Assembly (NCBI GenBank): GCA_964016885.1 | Contig: OZ024744.1 | Location: forward strand, 101,866,001 to 101,930,000 | Length of the DNA stretch: 64,000 bases | Direction of reading: 5' to 3' | DNA from: Eledone cirrhosa | Lineage: Eukaryota | In this document: one piece after another, positions 36,701-49,133 of the stretch | Layout of the letters: every line of letters starts with the position of its first letter | Numbering within the stretch: position 1 is the first letter of the stretch | Program-made: the position numbers and the translations under genes | Notes under the pieces: generated by a model | Told to the model about the DNA's origin: nothing | The model's database searches: none | Seen by the model: the letters and a program-made list of their open reading frames with translations, nothing else

Positions 36701-39326
36701 ATTTATTGTTGGTTTGTTTATTTGTGTCTTTGTATATTGTGGCTTGGTTTATAGTTGGTTTGTTTATTCTTGGTTTATTGTTGGTTTGTTTATTGTTGGT
36801 TTGTTTATTGATGGTTTGTTTATTGTTGGTTTCTTTATTGTTGGTTCGTTTATTGTTGGCTTTGTTTATTGTTGGTTTGTTTATTATTGGCTTTGTTTAT
36901 TGTTGGTTTGTTTATTGTTGGCTTCGTTTATTTTTGGTTTGTTTATTACTGGCTTTGTTTATTGTTGGTTTATTTATTCTTGGCTTTGTTTATGTTGGTT
37001 TGTTTATTGTTGGTTTGTTTATTGTTGGCTTTGTTTATTGTTGGGTTTTTTATTGCTGGCTTTGTTTAATATTGGTTTGTTTATTGTTGTTTTGTTTATT
37101 GTTGGCTATGTTTATTGTTGGTTTGTTTATTGTTGGCTTTGTTTATTGTTGGTTTGTTTATTGTTTGTTTGTTTATTGTTGGCTTTGTTTATTGTTGGTC
37201 TGTTTATTGTTGGCTTTTTTTATTGTTGGTTTGTTTATTGTTGGTTTGTTTATTATTAGCGTTGTTTAACGTTGGTTTGGTTATTGTTGGTTTGTTTATT
37301 GTTGGCTTTGTTTATTGTTGGGTTTTTTATTGCTGGCTTTGTTTAATATTGGTTTGTTTATTGTTGTTTTGTTTATTGTTGGCTATGTTTATTGTTGGTT
37401 TGTTTATTGTTGGCTTTGTTTATTGTTGGTTTGTTTATTGTTTGTTTGTTTATTGTTGGCTTTGTTTATTGTTGGTTTTGTTTATTATTGGCTTTGTTTA
37501 TTGTTGGTTTGTTTATTGTTGGCTTCGTTTATTTTTGGTTTGTTTATTACTGGCTTTGTTTATTGTTGGTTTATTTATTCTTGGCTTTGTTTATGTTGGT
37601 TTGTTTATTGTTGGTTTGTTTATTGTTGGCTTTGTTTATTGTTGGGTTTTTTATTGCTGGCTTTGTTTAATATTGGTTTGTTTATTGTTGTTTTGTTTAT
37701 TGTTGGCTATGTTTATTGTTGGTTTGTTTATTGTTGGCTTTGTTTATTGTTGGTTTGTTTATTGTTTGTTTGGTTATTGTTGGCTTTGTTTATTGTTGGT
37801 TTGTTTATTGTTGGCTTTTTTTATCGTTGGTTTGTTTATTGTTGGCTTTTTTTATTGTTGGTTTGTTTATTGTTGGCTTTGTTTATTGTTGGTTTGTTTA
37901 TTATTGGCTTTGTTTATTGTTGGTTTCTTTATTGTTGGCTTTGTTTATTGTTGTTTTGTTTATTGTTGGCTATGTTTATTGTTGCTTTGTTTATTGTTGG
38001 CTTTGTTTATTGTTGGTTTGTTTATTGTTTGTTTGTTTATTGTTGGCTTTGTTTATTGTTGGTTTGTTTATTGTTGGTTTGTTTATTGTTGGTTAGTATA
38101 TTGATGGTTTGTTCATTATTGGCTTTGTTTAGTGTTGCTTTGTTTATTGTTGGCTTTGTTTATTGTTGGTTTGTTTATTGTTGGCTTTGTTTATTGTTGG
38201 TTTGTTTATTGTTGGCTTTGTTTATTATTGGTTTCCTTATTGTTGGTTTTGTTTATTGTTGGTTTGTTTATCGTTAGCTTTGTTTAATGTTGGATTATTT
38301 ATTGTTGGTTTTGTTTATTGTCGGTTTCTTTATTGTTGGCTTTGTTTATTGTTGGTTTGTTTATTATTGGCTTTGTTTATTGTTGGTTTGTTTATTGTTG
38401 GCTTCGTTTATTTTTGGTTTGTTTATTACTGGCTTTGTTTATTGTTGGTTTATTTATTCTTGGCTTTGTTTATGTTGGTTTGTTTATTGTTGGTTTGTTT
38501 ATTGTTGGCTTTGTTTATTGTTGGGTTTTTTATTGCTGGCTTTGTTTAATATTGGTTTGTTTATTGTTGTTTTGTTTATTGTTGGCTATGTTTATTGTTG
38601 GTTTGTTTATTGTTGGCTTTGTTTATTGTTGGTTTGTTTATTGTTTGTTTGGTTATTGTTGGCTTTGTTTATTGTTGGTTTGTTTATTGTTGGCTTTTTT
38701 TATCGTTGGTTTGTTTATTGTTGGCTTTTTTTATTGTTGGTTTGTTTATTGTTGGCTTTGTTTATTGTTGGTTTGTTTATTATTGGCTTTGTTTATTGTT
38801 GGTTTCTTTATTGTTGGCTTTGTTTATTGTTGTTTTGTTTATTGTTGGCTATGTTTATTGTTGCTTTGTTTATTGTTGGCTTTGTTTATTGTTGGTTTGT
38901 TTATTGTTTGTTTGTTTATTGTTGGCTTTGTTTATTGTTGGTTTGTTTATTGTTGGTTTGTTTATTGTTGGTTAGTATATTGATGGTTTGTTCATTATTG
39001 GCTTTGTTTAGTGTTGCTTTGTTTATTGTTGGCTTTATTTATTGTTGGTTTGTTTATTGTTGGCTTTGTTTATTGTTGGTTTGTTTATTGTTGGCTTTGT
39101 TTATTATTGGTTTCCTTATTGTTGGTTTTGTTTATTGTTGGTTTGTTTATCGTTAGCTTTGTTTAATGTTGGATTATTTATTGTTGGTTTTGTTTATTGT
39201 CGGTTTCTTTATTGTTGGCTTTGTTTATTGTGTGTTTGTTTATTGTTGGATTTGTTTATTTTTGGTTTGTTTATTATTGGCTTTTTTATTGCTGGTTTGT
39301 TTATTGTTGGCTTTGTTTATTGTTGT
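15709..39326 (+). repeat. A array 5, ~23.6 kb uninterrupted, with nested higher-order duplications
   Basis: No B or C sequence between these coordinates. Rare variant monomers recur at fixed offsets. Confidence 0.96.
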
Positions 39327-40218
39327 CAGTCAGTCTAATACTTTACTGTCTATAGTTAGTCTAATACTTTACAGTCTATAGTTAGTCTAATACTTTACTG
39401 TCTTATGAGAAGCTAAATATTATGGGCTTATGAGAAGCTAAGTATTATGGGCTTATGACAAGCTAAATATGGCCTTATGAAATGCTAAATATGGTCTTAT
39501 GAGAAGATAAATATTGTGGTCTTATGAGAAGATAAATATTGTTTTTATGAGAAGCTAAATATTATGGTCTTAACAAAACTTAAATACTTATGAGAAGTTA
39601 AATATTATGGTCTTATGAGAAGCTAAATATGGTCTCAGAAGTTAAATGTGGTCTCATGAGAAGCTGAATAATATGGTCTTATGAGAAGCTAAATATGGTC
39701 TTATGTAAATTCAGATATTATGGTCTTATGAGAAGCTAAATACAGTGTTCTTATGAGAAGCTAATTATGGGCTTATGAGAAGTTAAATCCAACCTTATGA
39801 GAAACTAAACATTATGGTCTCAGAAGCTAAATATTATGCCTGTATTAGAAGTTAAATATGGTCTTATGTGAAGCTACATATTGTGTCATTATGAATGGCT
39901 AAGTCTAGTCTTATGAGAAGTTAAACGTTATCGTCTTATAAGAAGCTAATTATAGTCTTATGCAGAACTAAATATGGTTTTATTGGAAGCTAGATAATAC
40001 GGTCTTATGAGAAGCTAAATATTATGCTCTTATTAGAAGTTGAATATTAGGGTCTTGTGAGCATCTACACATTATGGTCTTAACAGTAGCTCAATAATAT
40101 GGTCTTGTGAGAAGCTGAATAGTATTGTCTGATAGGAAGCTAAATATTATGGTCTTATGAGAAACTAAATATGGTCTTATGAGAAGCTTAATATTATGGT
40201 CTTATGAGAAGATAATTA
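39327..40218 (+). repeat. Spacer module 5: B (39327-39401, lead + 2x26 bp) and C (39402-40218, 817 bp), right-hand subtype
   Basis: Starts CAGTCAGTCTAATACTTT and carries the diagnostic variants CTTAACAAAACTT, GAAATGCT and GCATCTACAC. Confidence 0.95.
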
Positions 40219-43200
40219 TGTTTATTGTTGGCTTTGTTTATTGTTGGTTTGTTTATTCTTGGCTTTGTTTATTGTTGGTTTGTTTATTGTTGGCTTTGTT
40301 TATTGTTGGTTTGTTTATTGTTGGTTTGTTTATTGATGGTTTGTCTATTGTTGGTTTGTTTATTGTTGGCTTTGTTTATTGTTGGTTTGTTTATTGTTGG
40401 CTTTGTTTTATTGTTGGTTTGTTTATTATTGGCTTTGTTTATTGTTGGTTTGTTTATTGTTGGCTTTGTTTATTGTTGGTTCGTTTATTGTTGGCTTTGT
40501 TTATTGTTGGTTCGTTTATTGTTGGCTTTGTTTATTGTTGGTTTGTTTATTGTTGGTTTGTTTATTGTTGGTTTGTTTATTGTTGGCTTTGTTTATTGTT
40601 GGTTTGTTTATTGTTGGCTTTGTTTAATGTACGTTTGTTTATTGTTGGCTTTGTTTATTGTTGGTTTGTTTGTTGTTGGCTTTGTTTATTGTTGGTTTGT
40701 TTATTGTTGGCTTTGTTTATTGTTGGTTTGTTTATTGTTGGCTTTAATTATTGTTGGTTTGTTTATTGTTGGCTTTGTTTATTGTTGCTTTGTTTATTGG
40801 TGGCTTTGTTTATTATTAATTTTGTTTATTGTTGGCTTTGTTTATTGTCGGTTCGTTTATTGTTGGCTTTGTTTATTATTGGTTTGTTTATTGTTGGTTT
40901 GTTTATTGTTGGTTTGTTTATTGTTGGCTTTGTTTATTGTTGGCTTTGTTTATTGTTACTTTGTTTATTGTTGGCTTTGTTTAATGTACGTTTGTATATT
41001 GTTGGCTTTGTTTATTGTTGGTTTGTTTGTTGTTGGCTTTGTTTATTGTTGATTTGTTTATTGGTGGCTTTGTTTATTGTGGCTTGGTTTATAGTTGTTT
41101 TGTTTATTGTTGGTTTGTTTATTCTTGGTTTATTGTTGGTTTGTTTATTGTTGGTTTGTTTATTGATGGTTTGTTTATTGTTGGTTTTTTTATTGTTGGT
41201 TCGTTTATTGTTGGCTTTGTTTATTGTTGGTTTGTTTATTGTTGGTTTGTTTATTGTTGGTTTGTTTATTGTTGGCTTTGTTTATTGTTGCTTTGTTTAT
41301 TATTGGCTTTGTTTATTATTGGTTTGTTTATTGATGGCTTGTTTATTGTTAGTTTGTTTAATGTTGGCTTTGTTTATTTTTGGTTTGTTTATTATTAGCT
41401 CTGTTTATTGTTGCTTTGTTTATTGTTGGCTTTGTTTATTGTTGGTTTGTTTATTGTTGGCTTTGTTTATTGTTGGTTTTGTTTATTGTTTGTTTATTGT
41501 TGGTTTGTTTATTGTTCATTTGTTTATTGTTGGTTTGTTTATTGTTGATTTGTTTATTGTTGGTTTGTTTATTGTTGGTTTGGTTATTGTTGGCTTTGTT
41601 TATTGTTGTCTTTGTTTATTGTTGGTTTGTTTAATGTTGGCTTTGTTTATTCTTGGTTTGTTTATTATTAGCTCTGTTTATTGTGGCTTTGTTTATTGTT
41701 GGCTTTGTTTATTGTTGGTTTGTTTATTGTTCGCTTTGTTTATGGTTGGTTTGTTTATTGTTGGCTTTGTTTATTGTTGGCTTTGTTTATTATTGGCTTT
41801 GTTTATTGTTTGTTTATTTATTGTTGGCATTGTTTATTGTTGATTTTGTTTATTGCTTGTTTGTTTATTGTTGGTTTGTTTATTGTTGGTTTGTTTATTG
41901 TTGATTTGTTTATTGTTGGTTTGTTTATTGTTGGTTTGTTTATTGTTGGCTTTGTTTATTGTTGGCTTTGTTTATTGTTGGTTTGTTTATTGTTGGCTTT
42001 GTTTATTGTTGGCTTTGTTTATTGTTGGTTTGTTTATTGTTGGCTTTGTTTATCGTTGGTTTGTTTATCGTTAGCTTTGTTTAATGTTGGTTTGTTTATT
42101 GTTGGCTTTGTTTATTGTTGGCTTTGTTTATTGTTGGTTTATTTATTGTTGGCTTTGTTTATTGTTGGTTTGTTTATTGTTGTCTTTGTTTATTGTTGCT
42201 TTGTTTATTGTTGGCTTTGTTTATTGTTGGTTTATTTATTGTTGGCTTTGTTTATTGTGGCTTTGTTTATTATTGGCTTTGTTTATTATTGGTTTGTTTA
42301 TTGATGGCTTTGTTTATTGTTAGTTTGTTTATTGTTGGCTTTGTTTATTTTTGGCTTTGTTTATTGTTGGCTTTGTTTATTGTTGGCTTTGTTTATTGTT
42401 GGTTTGTTTATTGTTGGTTTTGTTTATTGTTGGTTTGTTTATTGTTGGCTTTGTATATTGTTGGTTTGTTTATTGTTGGCTTTGTTTATTGTTGGTTTGT
42501 TTATTATTAGCTTTGTTTATTGTTGGCTTTGTTTATTGTTGGTTTGTTTATTGTTGGTTTGTTTATTGTTGGTTTGTTTATTGTTGGCTTTGTTTATTGT
42601 TGGTTTGTTTATTGTTGGCTTTGTTTATTGTTGGTTTGTTTATTATTGGCTTTGTTTATTGTTGGTTTGTTTATTGTTGGCTCCGTTTATTTTTGGTTTG
42701 TTTATTACTGGATTTGTTTATTGTTGGTTTGTTTATTCTTGGCTTTGTTTATGTTGGTTTGTTTATTGTTGGTTTGTTTATTGTTGGCTTTGTTTATTGT
42801 TGGGTTTTTTATTGCTGGCTTTGTTTAATATTGGTTTGTTTATTGTTGGCTTTGTTTATTGTTGTTTTGTTTATTGTTGGCTATGTTTATTGTTGGTTTG
42901 TTTATTGTTGGCTTTGTTTATTGTTGGTTTGTTTATTGTTTGTTTGTTTATTGTTGGCTTTGTTTATTGTTGGTTTGTTTATTGTTGGCTTTTTTTATTG
43001 TTGGTTAGTTTATTGTTGGCTTTTTTTATTGTTGGTTTGTTTATTGTTGGCTTTGTTTATTGTTGGTTTGTTTATTATTGGCTTTGTTTATTGTTGGTTG
43101 TTTTATTGTTGGCTTTGTTTATTGTTGTTTTGTTTATTGTTGGCTATGTTTATTGTTGGTTTGTTTATTGTTGGCTTTGTTTATTGTTGGTTTGTTTATT

Positions 43201-44267
43201 GTTTGTTTGTTTATTGTTGGCTTTGTTTATTGTTGGTTTGTTTATTGTTGGTTTGTTTATTGTTGGTTTGTATATTGATGGTTTGTTCATTATTGGCTTT
43301 GTTTATTGTTGCTTTGTTTATTGTTGGCTTTGTTTGTTGTTGGTTTGTTTATTGTTGGTTTGTTTATTATTAGCGTTGTTTAATGTTGGTTTGGTTATTG
43401 TTGGTTTGTTTATTGTTGGTTTGTTTATTGTTGGTTTGTTTATTGTTGGCTTTGTTTATTGTTGGGTTTTTTATTGCTGGCTTTGTTCAATATTGGTTTG
43501 TTTATTGTTGTTTTGTTTATTGTTGGTTATGTTTATTGTTGGTTTGTTTATTGTTGGCTTTGTTTATTGTTGGTTTGTTTATTGTTTGTTTGGTTATTGT
43601 TGGCTTTGTTTATTGTTGGTTTGTTTATTGTTGGCTTTTTTTATCGTTGGTTTGTTTATTGTTGGCTTTTTTTATTGTTGGTTTGTTTATTGTTGGCTTT
43701 GTTTATTGTTGGTTTGTTTATTATTGGCTTTGTTTATTGTTGGTTTCTTTATTGTTGGCTTTGTTTATTGTTGTTTTGTTTATTGTTGGCTATGTTTATT
43801 GTTGCTTTGTTTATTGTTGGCTTTGTTTATTGTTGGTTTGTTTATTGTTTGTTTGTTTATTGTTGGCTTTGTTTATTGTTGGTTTGTTTATTGTTGGTTT
43901 GTTTATTGTTGGTTAGTATATTGATGGTTTGTTCATTATTGGCTTTGTTTAGTGTTGCTTTGTTTATTGTTGGCTTTGTTTATTGTTGGTTTGTTTATTG
44001 TTGGCTTTGTTTATTGTTGGTTTGTTTATTGTTGGCTTTGTTTATTATTGGTTTCCTTATTGTTGGTTTTGTTTATTGTTGGTTTGTTTATCGTTAGCTT
44101 TGTTTAATGTTGGATTATTTATTGTTGGTTTTGTTTATTGTCGGTTTCTTTATTGTTGGCTTTGTTTATTGTGTGTTTGTTTATTGTTGGATTTGTTCAT
44201 TTTTGGTTTGTTTATTATTGGCTTTTTTATTGCTGGTATGTTTATTGTTGGCTTTGTTCATTGTTGT
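40219..44267 (+). repeat. A array 6, ~4.0 kb
   Basis: Tandem 15/16-mers. Its tail copies the tail of array 5 at offset 4941. Confidence 0.96.
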
Positions 44268-45107
44268 CAGTCAGTCTAATACTTTACTGTCTTATGAGAA
44301 GCTAAATATTATGGGCTTATGGGAAGCTAAGTATTATGGGCTTATGACAAGCTAAATATGGCCTTATGAAATGCTAAATATGGTCTTATGAGAAGATAAA
44401 TATTGTGGTCTTATGAGAAGATAAATTTTGTTTTTATGAGAAGCTAAGTATTATGGTCTTAACAAAACTTAAATACTTATGAGAAGTTAAATATTATGGT
44501 CTTATGAGAAGCTAAATATGGTCTCAGAAGTTAAATGTGGTCTCATGAGAAGCTGAATAATATGGTCTTATGAGAAGCTAAATATGGTCTTATGTAAATT
44601 CAGATATTATGGTCTTATGAGAAGCTAAATACAGTGTTCTTATGAGAAGCTAATTATGGGCTTATGAGAAGTTAAATCCAACCTTATGAGAAACTAAACA
44701 TTATGGTCTCAGAAGCTAAATATTATGCCTGTATTAGAAGTTAAATATGGTCTTATGTGAAGCTACATATTGTGTCATTATGAATGGCTAAGTCTAGTCT
44801 TATGAGAAGTTAAACGTTATCGTCTTATAAGAAGCTAATTATAGTCTTATGCAGAACTAAATATGGTTTTATTGGAAGCTAGATAATACGGTCTTATGAG
44901 AAGCTAAATATTATGCTCTTATTAGAAGTTGAATATTAGGGTCTTGTGAGCATCTACACATTATGGTCTTAACAGTAGCTCAATAATATGGTCTTTTGAG
45001 AAGCTGAATATTATTGTCTTATAGGAAGCTAAATATTATGGTCTTATGAGAAACTAAATATGGTCTTATGAGAAGCTTAATATTATGGTCTTATGAGAAG
45101 ATAATTA
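44268..45107 (+). repeat. Spacer module 6: B reduced to the 23-bp lead unit (44268-44290) and C (44291-45107)
   Basis: CAGTCAGTCTAATACTTTACTGT runs directly into CTTATGAGAAG. Confidence 0.95.
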
Positions 45108-47462
45108 TGTTTATTGTTGGCTTTGTTTATTGTTGGTTTGTTTATTGTTGGCTTTGTTTATTGTTGGTTTGTTTATTGTTGGCTTTGTTTATTGTTGGTT
45201 TATTTATTGTTGGCTTTGTTTATTGTTGGTTTGTTTATTGTTGGCTTTGTTTATTGTTGCTTTGTTTATTATTGGCTTTGTTTATTGTTGGCTTTGTTTA
45301 TTGTTGGCTTTGTTTATTATTGGCTTTATTTATTGTTGGTATATTTATTGTTGGCTTTGTTTATTGTTAGTTTTGTTTATTGTTTGTTTCTTTATTGTTG
45401 GTTTGTTTATTGTTGGTTTGTTTATTCTTGGCTTTGTTTATTGTTGGTTTGTTTATTGTTGGCTTTGTTTATTGTTGGTTTCTTTATTGTTGGTTTGTTT
45501 ATTGATGGTTTGTCTATTGTTGGTTTGTTTATTGTTGGCTTTGTTTATTGTTGGTTTGTTTATTGTTGGCTTTGTTTTATTGTTGGTTTGTTTATTATTG
45601 GCTTTGTTTATTGTTGGTTTGTTTATTGTTGGCTTTGTTTATTGTTGGTTCGTTTATTGTTGGCTTTGTTTATTGTTGGTTCGTTTATTGTTGGCTTTGT
45701 TTATTGCTGGTTTGTTTATTGTTGGTTTGTTTATTGTTGGTTTGTTTATTGTTGGCTTTGTTTATTGTTTGTTTGTTTATTGTTGGCTTTGTTTAATGTA
45801 CGTTTGTTTATTGTTGGCTTTGTTTATTGTTGGTTTGTTTGTTGTTGGCTTTGTTTATTGTTGGTTTGTTTATTGTTTGCTTTGTTTATTGTTGGTTTGT
45901 TTATTGTTGGCTTTAATTATTGTTGGTTTGTTTATTGTTGGCTTTGTTTATTGTTGCTTTGTTTATTGGTGGCTTTGTTTATTATTAATTTTGTTTATTG
46001 TTGGCTTTGTTTATTGTTGGTTCGTTTATTGTTGGCTTTGTTTATTGTTGGTTTGTTTATTGTTGGTTTGTTTATTGTTGGTTTGTTTATTGTTGGCTTT
46101 GTTTATTGTTGGCTTTGTTTATTGTTACTTTGTTTATTGTTGGCTTTGTTTAATGTACGTTTGTTTATTGTTGGCTTTGTTTATTGTTGGTTTGTTTGTT
46201 GTTGGCTTTGTTTATTGTTGATTTGTTTATTGGTGGCTTTGTTTATTGTGGCTTGGTTTATAGTTGTTTTGTTTATTGTTGGTTTGTTTATTCTTGGTTT
46301 ATTGTTGGTTTGTTTATTGTTGGTTTGTTTATTGATGGTTTGTTTATTGTTGGTTTTTTTATTGTTGGTTCGTTTATTGTTGGCTTTGTTTATTGTTGGT
46401 TTGTTTATTGTTGGTTTGTTTATTGTTGGTTTGTTTATTGTTGGCTTTGTTTATTGTTGGTTTGTTTATTGTTGGCTTTGTTTATTGTTGGTTTGTTTAT
46501 TATTGGCTTTGTTTATTGTTGGTTTGTTTATTGTTGGCTTCGTTTATTTTTGGTTTGTTTATTACTGGATTTGTTTATTGTTGGTTTGTTTATTCTTGGC
46601 TTTGTTTATGTTGGTTTGTTTATTGTTGGTTTGTTTATTGTTGGCTTTGTTTATTGTTGGGTTTTTTATTGCTGGCTTTGTTTAATATTGGTTTGTTTAT
46701 TGTTGGCTTTGTTTATTGTTGTTTTGTTTATTGTTGGCTATGTTTATTGTTGGTTTGTTTATTGTTGGCTTTGTTTATTGTTGGTTTGTTTATTGTTTGT
46801 TTGTTTATTGTTGGCTTTGTTTATTGTTGGTTTGTTTATTGTTGGCTTTTTTTATTGTTGGTTTGTTTATTGTTGGCTTTTTTTATTGTTGGTTTGTTTA
46901 TTGTTGGCTTTGTTTATTGTTGGTTTGTTTATTATTGGCTTTGTTTATTGTTGGTTGTTTTATTGTTGGCTTTGTTTATTGTTGTTTTGTTTATTGTTGG
47001 CTATGTTTATTGTTGGTTTGTTTATTGTTGGCTTTGTTTATTGTTGGTTTGTTTATTGTTTGTTTGTTTATTGTTGGCTTTGTTTATTGTTGGTTTGTTT
47101 ATTGTTGGTTTGTTTATTGTTGGTTTGTTTATTATTAGCGTTGTTTAATGTTGGTTTGGTTATTGTTGGTTTGTTTATTGTTGGTTTGTTTATTGTTGGC
47201 TTTGTTTATTCTTGGTTTGTTTATTGTTGGCTTTGTTTATTATTGGTTTCCTTATTGTTGGTTTTGTTTATTGTTGGTTTGTTTATCGTTAGCTTTGTTT
47301 AATGTTGGATTATTTATTGTTGGTTTTGTTTATTGTCGGTTTCTTTATTGTTGGCTTTGTTTATTGTGGGTTTGTTTATTGTTGGATTTGTTTATTTTTG
47401 GTTTGTTTATTATTGGCTTTTTTATTGCTGGTTTGTTTATTGTTGGCTTTGTTTATTGTTGT
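45108..47462 (+). repeat. A array 7, ~2.4 kb
   Basis: Tandem 15/16-mers. The central part copies array 6 at offset 5169. Confidence 0.96.
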
Positions 47463-48347
47463 CAGTCAGTCTAATACTTTACTGTCTATAGTTAGTCTAA
47501 TACTTTACAGTCTATAGTTAGTCTAATACTTTACTGTCTTATGAGAAGCTAAATATTATGGGCTTATGAGAAGCTAAGTATTATGGGCTTATGACAAGCT
47601 AAATATGGCCTTATGAAATGCTAAATATGGTCTTATGAGAAGATAAATATTGTGGTCTTATGAGAAGATAAATATTGGTTTTATGAGAAGCTAATTATTA
47701 TGGTCTTAACAAAACTTAAATACTTATGAGAAGTTAAATATTATGGTCTTATGAGAAGCTAAATATGGTCTCAGAAGTTAAATGTGGTCTCATGAGAAGC
47801 TGAATAATATGGTCTTATGAGAAGCTAAATATGGTCTTATGTAAATTCAGATATTATGGTCTTATGAGAAGCTAAATACAGTGTTCTTATGAGAAGCTAA
47901 TTATGGGCTTATGAAATCCAACCTTATGAGAAACTAAACATTATGGTCTCAGAAGCTAAATATTATGCCTGTATTAGAAGTTAAATATGGTCTTATGTGA
48001 AGCTACATATTGTGTCATTATGAATGGCTAAATCTAGTCTTATGAGAAGTTAAACATTATCGTCTTATAAGAAGCTAATTATAGTCTTATGCAGAACTAA
48101 ATATGGTTTTATTGGAAGCTAGATAATACGGTCTTATGAGAAGCTAAATATTATGCTCTTATTAGAAGTTGAATATTAGGGTCTTGTGAGCATCTACACA
48201 TTATGGTCTTAACAGTAGCTCAATAATATGGTCTTGTGAGAAGCTGAATAGTATTGTCTGATAGGAAGCTAAATATTATGGTCTTATGAGAAACTAAATA
48301 TGGTCTTATGAGAAGCTTAATATTATGGTCTTATGAGAAGATAATTA
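47463..48347 (+). repeat. Spacer module 7 (B 47463-47537, C 47538-48347)
   Basis: Right-hand subtype with a 7-bp deletion (GGGCTTATGAAATCC). Confidence 0.95.
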
Positions 48348-49133
48348 TGTTTATTGTTGGCTTTGTTTATTGTTGGTTTGTTTATTGTTGGCTTTGTTTA
48401 TTGTTGGTTTGTTTATTGTTGGCTTTGTTTATTGTTGGTTTATTTATTGTTGGCTTTGTTTATTGTTGGTTTGTTTATTGTTGGCTTTGTTTATTGTTGC
48501 TTTGTTTATTATTGGCTTTGTTTATTGTTGGCTTTGTTTATTGTTGGCTTTGTTTATTATTGGCTTTATTTATTGTTGGTATATTTATTGTTGGCTTTGT
48601 TTATTGTTAGTTTTGTTTATTGTTTGTTTCTTTATTGTTGGTTTGTTTATTGTTGGTTTGTTTATTGTTGGTTTGTTTATTGTTGGTTTGTTTATTCTTG
48701 GTTTGTTTATTGTTGGCTTTGTTTATTGTTGCCTTGTTTATTGTTGGCTTTGTTTATTGTTGGTTTGTTTATCGTTGGCTTTGTTTATTGTTGGTTTGTT
48801 TATTGTTGGTTTGTTTATTGTTGGCTTTGTTTATTGTTGGTTTGTTTATCGTTAGCTTTGTTTAATGTTGGTTTGTTTATTGTTGGCTTTGTTTATTGTT
48901 TTTTTGTTTATTGTTGGCTTTGTTTATTGTTGGTTTGTTTATTGTTGGTTTGTTTATCGTTAGCTTTGTTTAATGTTGGATTATTTATTGTTGGTTTTGT
49001 TTATTGTCGGTTTCTTTATTGTTGGCTTTGTTTATTGTGGGTTTGTTTATTGTTGGATTTGTTTATTTTTGGTTTGTTTATTATTGGCTTTTTTATTGCT
49101 GGTTTGTTTATTGTTGGCTTTGTTTATTGTTGT
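48348..49133 (+). repeat. A array 8, 786 bp
   Basis: Tandem 15/16-mers, identical by eye to arrays 9-11. Confidence 0.95.

Noticed and set aside
15709-39326. Resemblance to U-rich pan-edited kinetoplastid mRNA or AT-rich mitochondrial membrane-protein genes
   Set aside because: Strict 15/16-bp periodicity over tens of kb and no recognisable respiratory-chain motifs.
47450-48360. B+C as a transposon inserted with a TGTTTATTGTTG target-site duplication
   Set aside because: The apparent duplication is unavoidable inside the A repeat. There are no terminal inverted repeats, LTRs, poly(A) tail or coding capacity, and shared flanking variants show that copies arose by segmental duplication.
48308-48610. 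Recurrent ORF start MRSLILWSYEKIIM at C->A junctions resembling a conserved leader or signal peptide
   Set aside because: The ATG comes from the CTTATGAG repeat core. It is lost in the first block and in module 4 (CTTATTAG), and the downstream length varies arbitrarily from 68 to 580 aa.
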